From Octopus sinensis (taxonomy: Eukaryota): DNA of 64,000 nt. The position numbers and the translations under genes are program-made. Under the pieces are notes generated by a model. That model was given only the letters and a program-made list of their open reading frames with translations. It made no database searches and was not told the origin of the DNA. This document shows positions 52,040 to 64,000 of the stretch, in pieces; position 1 is the first letter of the stretch; each line of letters opens with the position of its first letter. The stretch lies in contig NC_043001.1 of assembly GCF_006345805.1 (NCBI RefSeq), forward strand, positions 8,680,001 to 8,744,000, in the 5' to 3' direction.

Positions 52040-52244
52040 CTCTTTTACTCTTTTACTTGTTTCAGCAATTTGAATTCGGCCATGCTGGAGCACCACCTTT
52101 AGTGGAGCAAATCAATCCCGGGACTTATTCTTTGTAAGCCAAGTACTTATTCTATCGATCTCTTTTGCCGAACCGCTAAGTAACGAGGACGTAAACACAC
52201 CAGCATCGGTTGTCAAGCAATGCTAGGGGGACAAACAAACACAC

Positions 52245-52289
<45 letters not shown>

Positions 52290-52299
52290 CCACACACAC

Positions 52300-52339
<40 letters not shown>

Positions 52340-52502
52340 GACAGGCTTCGTTCAGTTTCTGCGTACCAAGTCCACTCAAAAGGCATTGGTTGGCCCGGGG
52401 CTATAGCAGAAAACACTTGCCCAAGGTTCCGTGCAGTGGGGCTGAACCCGGAACCATGTGGTTAGTTAGCAAGCTACTTACCACACAGCCACTCCTGCGC
52501 TT
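52040..52502 (-). mobile_element. SINE family C, full length
   Basis: Reverse complement of head through tail with internal (TA)/(TG) arrays. Confidence 0.9.
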
Positions 52503-53479
52503 AAAGGAAAAAATCTCTCTGTCGTGATGCGCAGAACATCGTCACAAAATGAACGCACTCCTACATTCAGAAAAACGTTATTTTTAAAAATCTTTTCACA
52601 TTTTCCTCAAAAGTTTATAAATTCTCATAGCGTCATATATTTCAGATGTTACGTCCTCGTAATTGTGATTTATTAACAGGTTTATAACTACACACTCACA
52701 GATTATGTAGATTATTTTCTTTCACATAGGTTGATGAGGTTACCACGGCAACTCGTGTGCAATAATTATTAAACATAGAATGCTTATTTAATACGGATCT
52801 CCCACTCATTGTCTAGACAAATATTTAATGAGAAGAAGCCAGTCCATACTAATTAGAGAACTGCTCAGATTCCATATGAATTCAACATTAGCTTCTTTGT
52901 TAATAGTTTTATTCATTAAAGTATGTGTAATTTCAACTTTAGTGATATGATGTATTTATAATATTCCCTTTCCTGTATCACATTTAAGTTTAATACCTTT
53001 CAGGTACATGGCATTTCATTATATAAAGTATATTAAATGTTTTTTTAAGTCATCACCACGTCCTACTGCGTTAGCCGTGCTTTTTACACTATTCTACAGA
53101 AATTATAACCAGCGTTCATTTTTCGCTACAACATTACTTATTGAGACATTCGATGTAAGCAAACAATGAGATCGAAGACGAAAATGGATAATGAATATAT
53201 ATGCCATATTTCGGGGATTTTGTCCTGCGTCAGCAGTGTTTTACACTGTCCTTTTAAGGTTATTTATAAAGATATTCTATAGAATATACCAATTTACATA
53301 TTAATCGCATTGTACAAAAATCAGGACTGGTTATAATATCTATGGATTATCTGTAGAAATAACCAAAACGGAATAATGTAGAAAGCAGTGATAACACAGT
53401 AGAAAGTGGTGTTGACTCCTAAAATCAGGTAATATACTTTATAGTATAGGTTGCATAACGAAATACCAAGCTTTGCGAG

Positions 53480-53715
53480 CTCCATGACGTTTCTCTCTTC
53501 CTTCCTGCCTCGCCGACCGCGCGACGGCCTAGGCCGGGGCGCCGCCCGGCGCTTTCCGATGACCACCGTAACGCGCGGCCGTTGTTCCTCGCCTCCTAGC
53601 GCGCAGTTTCTTCGCGAAACTTGCCGAGCCACAAGTCGCGGCCGGGCCCCCTCGCCCGAGTACCACCGAATGCTCTTGTTTAGGCCCTCTAACAGCACAG
53701 CTCCGGAAGGCGTTT
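53480..53715. other. Isolated GC- and CpG-rich island of unknown origin
   Basis: Dense gcgcg/ggccg/cccgg runs in an otherwise very AT-rich window; a degenerate hammerhead-like motif lies about 100 bp downstream. Confidence 0.6.
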
Positions 53716-54039
53716 ATTATGCAAATTGGTATATCCAATAACTTAACACCGCTGTATGCGGTGGCTATATAACCAATGTGTGCGGAGGCGAGAATGATTT
53801 ACATCGATGCTGATGAAGGGGCAAAACCCCACGAAGTATAGCCAATACATCCATTACCCTCTTTTGTTTGTTTACATCTGACGTCTCCATACGAAACGTG
53901 GTAGCAAGATATCTGTAGAAATACCCTTAACACATTTAAGTTGTCACTCTATAGTCACATCCTGTTCTCTACATTTACGTCGATATAACTCAATCTACAG
54001 CAACCTACGGCAGCAAAATTTAAAACTTCATGGCATGGA

Positions 54040-54380
54040 CGATAGAAAATTGAATGTATTTCATCAAAGGTACATCTGAAAGATTCTGAGTGTCAACTGG
54101 ATTAACCGTGTCACAAATGAAGAGATTCAAGGAAGAGTAAAGTTACAGCAAAAGATTTTATCTGAGCAACAATTCCGTGTCTTTTGTCAAAATCTCTGCT
54201 CTGTCAAGATCACTGGAAAACAGACTTTACTGCTGTACCACTTGACAGCAGGCGTAAGACTGGGAGGCCGACATTTAGAAGATGACCTGAAGTTAGTCAG
54301 CACTATGTGCAAGGGATGTGCAAGAATAACAGCCGAACGAACACAGCATGATCAGTTTCTTGTCCAATAGGGTGAACAGC
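54040..54380 (+). mobile_element. RTE-type LINE 3' fragment, degenerate
   Basis: RKLNVFHQRYI*KILSVNWINRVTNEEIQ and a later GRP motif, typical of RTE ORF C-termini. Confidence 0.65.
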
Positions 54381-54729
54381 ACTGAAGAACATAAAGCTAG
54401 AAAAGCTACATGTCTTTGAGGAAAAATGGGTCCCGGTAACTGGAATTATTTTGATTATTTCATCAAACGCGTAATGTGTTGCTTACCATTTGGTTGACAC
54501 ATTTGTTATATTCCCAAGTTCGGTGTTGGATGAAATTTAGCCAACTGTAGAGACCTGTTGCACTGACAGGTGGGTAAAATCAAACTGATTTCTTAATTTA
54601 GTGCTAATTTAACTGATTGAACAGGAGAAACGTAGAAGCAAGTGTTCTGCTCAAGAACACAAAGTAACGCAAGTCTGAGAATGGAAACTACGATGCTGCG
54701 TTTGAAAATGTATCACCCTAACTCTCTCA

Positions 54730-54794
<65 letters not shown>

Positions 54795-55749
54795 ATATAT
54801 ATATACATATATATATGTTCATGTATGTATGCGTGTATATGTGTGTATTTTCATTTATGTATGTATGTATGTATGTATGTATGTATGTATGTATGTATGT
54901 ATGTATACTGCGAGAGGACTTGAAATGCAAACTTGGTCACACATAGAATCTCGGTAGAACAGGGAACTTATGAAAGGAATCGATGGTTTCGCACCAGAAG
55001 CATTTGTTTGGTTCAAATTGGCAAACGACTTTATTTTTGATAAGTATTTCTGCTGATAAGAGCGATATTTACGTTATACACATTTTAATTGGTGCAGAAT
55101 ACCCAACTAATATCCTTTCTTCGGTAAATAGATACTATTCTGATTTATTAATATAATTTTTCGGAGTTATGAGTTACTTGCTCTTGTTTACCACATAGCC
55201 TTAAACGTATGATATATCAGCTGGAATTTGCGTTTAAAATAAGTACATAGATACAAGAGTTCTGAAAAAGGAAAAAAACGCATGGAGTCATCTTTTCTAT
55301 TCTATCTCTTTTGAGTAAATACAGTATATTCGATATAGATGAATAGAAGTTAAAGGAATGACCGACAATGCATTGTTACAAATAGATTTTCCTTAAGAGA
55401 AGCGGACGTAATAATACAAGTCTCTCTTTGAGCTCCAATCCTTTACCAATTATTCTCTTGGGAACGAGTACAGAGCACGAAAAGATGGTAATCAATCATT
55501 TTAAGAAGGAAAACCAACGTTGCTTATATATGTTCAGAGAGACAGAAGACTAGACACTGCAGACTGCTATTCACAAAAAAACGTTTAGTAGTCCCATTAG
55601 GATATAAATGAGCCAGGCTTGTACAGAAAAATTACAAAAAAATGATATTTTGCTGCACTCACGCATACTACATACATATATATATATATATAATTAGTGA
55701 ATGGAAGAAATGGAGTTGAACGAAGATTGTACAGAATTCCTTTTATTAC

Positions 55750-55831
55750 ATTCTACACATGTTTCAAAGGCCACAATTTTCCAAATTCTGATTAAATAAG
55801 GATACCATATTGCAGCTTTCTCTTCAGAAAA
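55750..55831 (-). ncRNA. Type I hammerhead motif of the Penelope 3' region (short stem I)
   Basis: ttt CTGAAGA (55827-55821), long stem II, GAAA, catgtg, GTA triplet, gaa. Confidence 0.6.
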
Positions 55832-56473
55832 AACCAGGAATTATGTTGTCAAAACAAAACAAAACAGAGGCGCAGCAAAGCAATTCGAACGAGGACGCTC
55901 CTTAAGAGCCCATGGGCAAACTGTTTGTCAATGTACGTTGAAATCGGGGGGTTGGTGGGGGCCGACAAAAGGTCCGTTGGAATAATTACAGGTCAGGCCG
56001 CGGTCAAATCTAGTAGGTGAGGAATTAATGAGAACAAGGGGTGTGGAGATGTTCTGTGTTACCACAACTAATGTTCTGAATATTTTAAGAATACAGGGTG
56101 TATTTTTTAGGGGCGAGACAAAACCTACCTAAAAGCATGTATGTGTATACTAGCCTATGTGTGCGCGGCCGTATGCTGGCGAGGGGCGCTAGATAATAAG
56201 CACTGCTGAAGAAAGCCTGTCAGGCGGCTGAAAAAATTATGTGTTCGTGTGTTCGTCTGTGGCCTGCTTGTCTAAAAATTAACATCGTCAAAGAATCATA
56301 AGGGTATATATAATTCCAGCGTTTGCTTCTAAAAAAAAACGACCAATCGCCTAATGGGAGTAATTTCCCCTTGCAAGAGTTGTTCATGGATTTTTTTTTA
56401 AGTTTTTTCAAAACTTATTTCCGAAAATTATTTTCATTTTAATAGGGTAACAAGGTGTTAATTGTCTTATGTA

Positions 56474-57823
56474 TCATTTATATGTAAGATAAGTATGACG
56501 CCGCCAATGGGGACATCGAAAAGACGTCTGTAAAAGCCCGTTTACCAAACGGCCTCTGGCGAACAATATGTGGAAAAGCTCAGAGTTACAAAGATTACAC
56601 CTCCTTATGCCCCTATCAAACGGGAGGGCCACCGACAAAATCGACCATTCGAGCCTAAAAACTGAATTCGCGTTCTTCAAACGCCAGATAAGTTTGCTAA
56701 GTCCTGTAGCTTGGTATTTATTAACGTCGCAAAAAGTTGCGAAATGGTTCGATATTCTCAAGGCCAATTTTGACGATGAGGCACCGACATACGAGTAGAC
56801 ATCTGAATCCGTGTAAACATTGCATTGGTAAATGGCATTTCTGATCTTGGAGTTACTAGACAAGAACCTTATTCTATTGGGATTAGCTTCTGATATTAAT
56901 ACTGCGTTTCTGTTACTATATTGACTGTGAGAACTGCGGCCGCCTACTACATTATACTCCTCATTATCACTATTAATTAACGGACTAACCCCTGTGTATT
57001 CCCTATCACTGAGAACGCTGTAATTGCTAGTATCCGTGGACCTGCTATTGCCGGAAACGATGCTGAAGCTGCTATTAGGACTCTCTACATTAATGACCCG
57101 AACTGCGCTCACCTCCTTATTACCATTACTAACGTTATTAAGATCACCATTTCTTCTATCGCTAATCCTATTATTTACTCCCTGGTTGGTACTGAGATTA
57201 CCAGTCACTGTACTGGCTCTTTTATCATTATTACTACTATTATTATTCCTACTGCGCGTTAAACTGGAATTAGACGGAGCTGCGCCTCCGGACAATGGTG
57301 GTAGGGTCTTAATAAGCGGCCTATTATTATGGGAGGCGATTATCTGGGAAAGGTTTTTTGTGTTGGAGAAAGCTATCCTAACTTTATGTGAATTAACCGT
57401 GGAGTAATATTTAGAATTTCTGGGGAAGTTACTGGCAATGGCTTGGCGAAACAGGAGGGGAAGATTAGTTCTAATCTGCTTACCAAAGGGAATTACAAAC
57501 CAGATATGTTTATTCCTATTTATGTGATGGGTCGGGAAGCCAGCTCTGACATTAGGGTGGGTGATTCTAGGTTGTATAAAAGGTTTTGGTTTAGTATGAC
57601 CTCACCCGGACCGTAAATTATCTATGTTCCCTAAATTAAATCCAGAAGTACCTGCTCCAACACTCCCCCCGCTCGCATCACTACTTAAATTATTTATGTT
57701 ATTATAGACGGCCCTATCCTGATGACCGAATGGTGGCATCGGAAGGGCTGGATCAATATATACTACCTTCTGCCTATAACCGGCTTTGGATAGTGCGGCG
57801 TTATAAAATTCCGCTTTCTGCAT
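56474..57823 (-). pseudogene. C-terminal part of a Penelope-like RT/GIY-YIG polyprotein (one TGA at 57602-57604, one frameshift near 57445)
   Basis: Uninterrupted 273-codon frame 56474-57295 containing the GIY-YIG domain; upstream frames give PLE thumb/linker motifs. Confidence 0.85.
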
Positions 57824-57846
57824 AAAAATGTATATATATATATATA

Positions 57847-57934
<88 letters not shown>

Positions 57935-57952
57935 TGTGTGTGTGTGTGTATG

Positions 57953-58327
<375 letters not shown>

Positions 58328-58964
58328 TGATATATATATATACACACAAACGCAAATAAATATGCATATTTTAGTTATGTATTATATAGAAATTCTTAAA
58401 CAAAATTTGTTTCTTTACCTGAAAGCAAAAATAAATATTTTGTTATTTCATTCAAGCTCAGGTGACAAAATTTGGACAAGAATTTTTAGAAAGTTGTTCA
58501 CAGAAAAATTATGAATGCATTAACAATCTCTGCGCATTAACAATTCATGTTTTTCTGCTGTTTAGTAAAACATATACCATATTTCAATGCAGTGTAATTC
58601 GCATTCAAATGATGTCAGTTAAAACAAATATTAAGTACTATATTCAGAGTTAAGTAATAAAGTCATTACAATATTTTGCATTTAGAAACAGATGTCAAAT
58701 AAAATATTTACATACCAAAAATGTCCCATATAATGACATTTAAAAATCTGGGGGATTTACTGTTATAAAATAACTATTCACAATAAACTGACTCTGCAAT
58801 TTTCAAATTAACGCAGATGTATTAGTGTAATTGGCCTATACTGTGAATGTGAATTGTAATATCAGAACGGCATTAAATATCCATATGCTACTCTTATGTG
58901 CTTAAAACCGGTTTACTGCATCAGGAAGACAAGACAATATTATGTGTGTGTGTGTGCGTGTGTA

Positions 58965-59160
58965 GCAACATGTAAAACGTTGGCGATTTTTTTCCCCCGT
59001 CTTCCTTTCCTATTGGACGTTCCTCTGTTTCTGAAGAACACCTTTGCTAGAAACTTTACACCATATTTCTTTCCTTCCCTGAGCGTCTTCTAATACTTAA
59101 CATGTACCAAGTCTTCGCTTTGTTGATTTTTGTGTTTGTTCTTCGTCTTTTTTTGGTGGG
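58965..59160 (+). mobile_element. Penelope-type 3' end fragment (family of 10390), degenerate
   Basis: cgttggcgattttt..cgtcttcctttcc..tttCTGAAGA..GAAA..ccctgagcgtc. Confidence 0.6.
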
Positions 59161-59243
59161 GGTAATTTATATATATATACATACATACATACATACATAC
59201 ACAGACACGCGCATATAAATACATACATAGATGCATATGTATA

Positions 59244-59275
<32 letters not shown>

Positions 59276-59651
59276 CAAAATAAGAAAATGGAGAAATACA
59301 TCCAAATCAAATATCAATTACCAGATAATACTCAATCTCATACTTTATTAAACCACCACATAAGAAACTATAGGGTTAAACATAAAAAAGTAGAACAAAA
59401 CAGTGTACATAAAGGAGTGTACATAAAAAAGTGTACATAAAAGAGTAATGTTATACAATAAGTAGAATATATATAAGACTATATAAATATAAGTAAATAT
59501 AAATATAAATATACATATAGATTTATGAATTGATTGCATCGCAATCCTTAACATTTATGTATTAAGTTTGTTGGGTACTTCACTAGCAGTATATTGGATA
59601 TATGTTATCTCATGGAAGGTTGCATTTACAACCCCTATCTCAATTTGTATA

Positions 59652-59716
<65 letters not shown>

Positions 59717-59761
59717 TAATATATATATTATATATATATATGTATATATATATATAATATT

Positions 59762-59808
<47 letters not shown>

Positions 59809-59908
59809 GCAGCAATTCTGGTACTGAACGGGGCTTTTCTCACTTTAGTGACGTCCATATTTCTGCCTTTAAGCTGTAAAATTGTGAATAAGCCATCCAT
59901 ACTATTTA

Positions 59909-60011
<103 letters not shown>

Positions 60012-60161
60012 CATATATATATATATATATATATGTATACATATACACCTTCCTTGCTAGAAATAAGAGCTTAAATGCTCTAATGCTGTGCGAAATGCAC
60101 GTTAATATATACATGCATGCTTGCGGAGCTTGCTATATCCCCGAAACGCCTACTCAAAAAT

Positions 60162-60214
60162 TCCTTATACTGAACGCTCTGTTTCGGCTATTTTCGTCGC
60201 CTCTTCAGTAAGGA
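60162..60214 (-). ncRNA. Compact type I hammerhead ribozyme with canonical core
   Basis: tcctta CTGAAGA ggc-gacgaaaata-gcc GAAA cagagcgttcag TA taagga: perfect 6-bp stem I, GC stem II, GTA cleavage triplet, near-palindromic stem III. Confidence 0.8.
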
Positions 60215-60870
60215 CTGCTTGCTCGGCTCATTCCGAGCTTAGTGTCCTGTCAGCATATATGTACTTACCATCAAAAATTATGTATGATTTAGCGAATCGC
60301 TAATGTGCATAAAGAAAATTTATACAAACAGCCATGCGCAGTCATTTACCATAAATGAAATATTATAGTTCTCATGAAATGCGATTGTATCGAGACACCT
60401 ACATTCATTTAAATAAGAGCTAAAATGCTGTACTAAAAACACATAAATGTATACGATTGCAGCACTTGTGAGCATATATGTATAATTTTATGTGCTTATC
60501 GTACAACAGTAGAGTATCTTACATCTCATTTCTAGCAATGTATGTGTCTTGACACACTTAGTCGCATTTAGTAACAAATATATTTGGCCTTTATAGAAAC
60601 ACAAAACGCATCGCTGTTTATCTTCATTGTATGTATATATATATGTGTGTGCGTGTGTGTGTGTGTGTGTGTGCGTGTGTTATTCATACCAGCTTGAATT
60701 ACATAATCCTTTTTGGAATGCGAAAACACATTAAATACAGAAAAAATAAGAGCATCACAACTAACCACAAAGCATACTTAATCGACATAGGCCTGCGCGC
60801 TGTAGTGCAGTGAAAACATGTGATAAAAATAAGACAAGCGAATAATAATAATGATAATAATAATAATAAT

Positions 60871-60932
<62 letters not shown>

Positions 60933-61000
60933 TAATAATAATAAAAATATTAATAATTAATAATAATAATAATAATGATAATAATAATAATATAATATAA

Positions 61001-61648
61001 GATGGACAAGAGACAATAAATCATATTATCTCTGGCTGCCCAGTCCTGACTAAGAAGGAATATATTCACAGACATGAGAGAGTTGGAACCTACATACACT
61101 GGAAGCTATCCCAAAATTATGGAATAACAACAGAAAAAGATGGTATAGGCACACACCAGAAAATGTCACAGAAAACGAGAAAGCAACCATACTCTGGGAT
61201 ATGCCGATACACACAGATACAGAAATTAAGGCCAACAGACCAGATATAGTTGTCAGAGATCATGAAGAAAACAATGCTTTCTAATTGATGTTTCAATACT
61301 GGCAGATGACAACGTGTCTCTAAAAGAAATGGAGAAAGTTTCAAAATACATAGTCCTGGAAATAGAGGTAACCAGAATGTGGAATCTAAAAACAGAAACA
61401 ATTCCTATCATAGTAGGTGCATTAGGTAATATAAAAAATATTCAGACAAATACACAACAAAACACCAGGACTTACAAACACATGTAACATACAGAAAATT
61501 GCACTGTTAGGCACTGCACACATCCTACGCAGAACACTTTCCATACAATAACCATCAGAGCATCACAACAAATCACAGCACATACCCAAGGCACAGAGAG
61601 CTGCGCTCGGTAGTGAAGTGAAAGCACACTGTAAAAATAAAACTACTG
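61001..61648 (+). mobile_element. R4/Dong-type (restriction-like endonuclease) non-LTR retrotransposon 3' end in (AAT)n
   Basis: ETINHIISGCPVLTKKEYIHRH (CCHC remnant), ANRPDIVV, LIDVS, KY..LEIE, IPIIVGALG; stop at 61549-61551; (AAT)n on both flanks. Confidence 0.9.
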
Positions 61649-61676
61649 AATAATAATAATAAGAAGAATAAGAATA

Positions 61677-61715
<39 letters not shown>

Positions 61716-61849
61716 GTAACAATAATAATAAGAAGAAGAATAATAATAATTAAAATTATAATAATTATAATAATAATAATAATAATGATTATAATAATAA
61801 TAGTAATAATAATAATGATAATAATAATTATAATAATAATAATAATAAC

Positions 61850-61882
<33 letters not shown>

Positions 61883-61941
61883 TATAATAATAATATATAT
61901 AATAATAATAATAATATAATAATAATAATAATAAAAATAAT

Positions 61942-61972
<31 letters not shown>

Positions 61973-61998
61973 TTAATAATAACAATAATAATAATAAT

Positions 61999-62038
<40 letters not shown>

Positions 62039-62039
62039 T

Positions 62040-62070
<31 letters not shown>

Positions 62071-62089
62071 TAATAATAGATGCAGACTA

Positions 62090-62575
62090 TAAGCACTGCG
62101 ATAATTTGCTACGGAGTTCAGCGCTAAAGGTATAGTGTGAAGGCTTCATCTTAGCTGCCTAGAATCAAAGGTTATTCAGTCGAAAATCCGAAGCCAATGT
62201 GATGAAAAAAATTAAGTACATTCAAAATGCCGGTACTTGACCGTTGAGGATTATATAGTGGACCACCTGATCTCTGGGTGTAACAGTGTCGGCACCTATG
62301 AAGTATAAATGAAGACATAGCACAGTTGACCAATATCTACACTGGTCAATATGTCCGCATTATAAAGTCAAAACTTCTGACAAATGGTGTAACTACTACA
62401 CTGAGGCTGTAACTGAGGGAGGAAATATAACGATTGCTTGGGACCTTCTGGTACATACAGACAAAAGCATCAAAGCTAATAAATCGAAGATTGTTGTAAA
62501 AGAGTAAAAAGACAATGTCAATAATTTCTGTTTATTGATCGACAGGAGTATTCCTTCTGATCGTAATATCTCGGC
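62090..62575 (+). mobile_element. Older, degenerate R4/Dong-type fragment
   Basis: EGFILAA*NQ, VDHLISGC, QYLHWSICPHY..DKW, IAWD..HTDKSIKAN..IVVK, LID.SIP.D; interrupted by SINE A. Confidence 0.7.
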
Positions 62576-62964
62576 GTGGAGGCGCAATGGCCCAGTTGTT
62601 AGGGCAGCGGACTCGCGGTCGTAGGATCGCGGTTTCGATTCCCAGACCGGGCGTTGTGAGTGTTTATTGAGCGAAAACACCTAAAAGCTCCACGAGGCTC
62701 CGGTAGGGGATGGTGGTGATCCCTGCTGTACTCTTTCACCACAACTTTCTCTCACTCTTACTTCCTGTTTCTGTTGTACCTGTATTTCAAAGAGCCGGCC
62801 TTGTCACTCTCTGTGTCACGCTGAATCTCCCCGAGAACTGCGTTAAGGGTACACGTGTTTGTGGAGTGCTCAGCCACTTACACGTTAATTTCACGAGCAG
62901 GCTGTTCCGTTGGTCGGATCAACCGGAACCCTCATCGTCGTAACCGACGGAGTGCTTCCATCCA
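62576..62964 (+). mobile_element. SINE family A, full length, 11-bp TSD
   Basis: gtggaggcgcaatggccc head; TSD aatatctcggc at 62565-62575 and 62965-62975. Confidence 0.92.
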
Positions 62965-63112
62965 AATATCTCGGCAAAAGAAATTGACAAACCGAGAAAA
63001 TATGATACGCTTATTCAATTCGAAAAATGTGGCATCTTAAGAAACTTACAGAAACAGTAAATGTAGGAGCAACTGGAATGATCAAGAATGGAACTGAAAA
63101 TTTTTATGAGTA

Positions 63113-63513
63113 ACTAGCCGTATCGCCCTGCGTTGCTATGGTTTGTAAGGAAAATATCTATATAAGCATTTTTAGAGAGTTACAGCCAAAAAATAGCAAG
63201 TAAATGCATTAAAAATGGAAAAAAAATGATGGTAAATTTTTTTTTTTAAATCGTTGACTCATCGTAGACATTTTTAGAGAGTTACTTCCCTTATATAATA
63301 GCGAAAAAATGCATTGAGATGGAAATAAATGATGGTAATTTTTTTTAAAATCGTAAACTCATCGTAAACGCGCGCTAATACCCAGAAGGGCTCGATATGA
63401 ATCACGACTACAAGATACCCGGTTTTGGTTAAACTGCACTGAAAAACGTGGGAGTAGTTAGGAATCTAAATCGTAGGAGACAGACACACAACTTCTCTTT
63501 TATATATAAAGAT
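63113..63513 (+). mobile_element. Non-autonomous Helitron/Helentron-like element
   Basis: actagccgtatcgccctgcgttgc 5' end and acagacacacaacttctcttttatatataaagat 3' end, shared with 30407-30787; different middle. Confidence 0.65.
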
Positions 63514-63908
63514 GATCCTGGCTTATCATCCATGTAGGAAGTTAAGAAGATTGTTTCAACTAATATGACGCACCTATTGTTTACTTGTCACTGCGAATTT
63601 TCTTTTCTCAATTCCACTTTTTTGTTTATTTCTTTATATGCTTCAGACGTCTGACTGCGGCCATGCCGGAGCACAGCATTTATTTTGTTCCTTTTTTATT
63701 TTTTTCTATATTTTGCTATTTTCCCCTTATCTTTCTTTCTGTTTTCCTTCTATTTTTATTACATAACTTGACGTCGTAAATGAACAATCTGGTATTGTTT
63801 TTTTTATTTTAATGGCCTACCAATCTATACAGAGAATTTTTCTGCCCTTGGTGTCAGGAAGACAGAAATGGAAAAAATTTTAGATGATACTAATACTACA
63901 ACTACTAT

Positions 63909-63949
<41 letters not shown>

Positions 63950-64000
63950 ATAATAATAATAATAATAATAATTATAATAATAATAATAATAATAATAATA

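Larger units (their letters stand above)
55690..57825 (-). mobile_element. Penelope-like element, 5'-truncated, RT thumb/linker + GIY-YIG + long 3' region with hammerhead, between (TA)n arrays
   Basis: [67 protein letters not shown], then AIYQC..YVG..RISNH..LSKLIWRLK..WSIL..CNLCNSE..CPH. Confidence 0.9.

Noticed and set aside
53480-53715. rRNA, RNase P/MRP or SRP identity for the GC island
   Set aside because: None of the conserved core motifs I know for these RNAs is present.

Overview
AT-rich, repeat-saturated eukaryotic DNA. The repeat families resemble those I recall from octopod cephalopod (Octopus) genomes; this is an inference, not a database result. No host protein-coding gene could be supported, and most ORFs in the track are microsatellite or antisense artefacts. 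The window holds several classes of mobile element, many sitting in (TA)n or (AAT)n microsatellites: four tRNA-derived SINE families (about 25 copies, some nested), Penelope-like elements (RT and GIY-YIG fragments plus many terminal-repeat pieces), CR1-, RTE- and R4/Dong-type LINE fragments, two non-autonomous Helitron/Helentron-like elements and a hAT MITE. Three observations stand out. (1) A 2.19 kb retroelement carries only a gag/ORF1-like zinc-knuckle frame, has a 15-bp TSD, and is inserted in the tRNA head of a SINE (HAL1-like). (2) About ten type I hammerhead-ribozyme motifs are present, six with a canonical core. They lie in Penelope-type foldback or tandem repeats, in a tRNA-headed SINE-like unit, and in a 328-bp unit flanked by direct repeats. 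(3) One SINE family appears to prefer a GGTAT-like target that also occurs in its own body, producing self-nested multimers.
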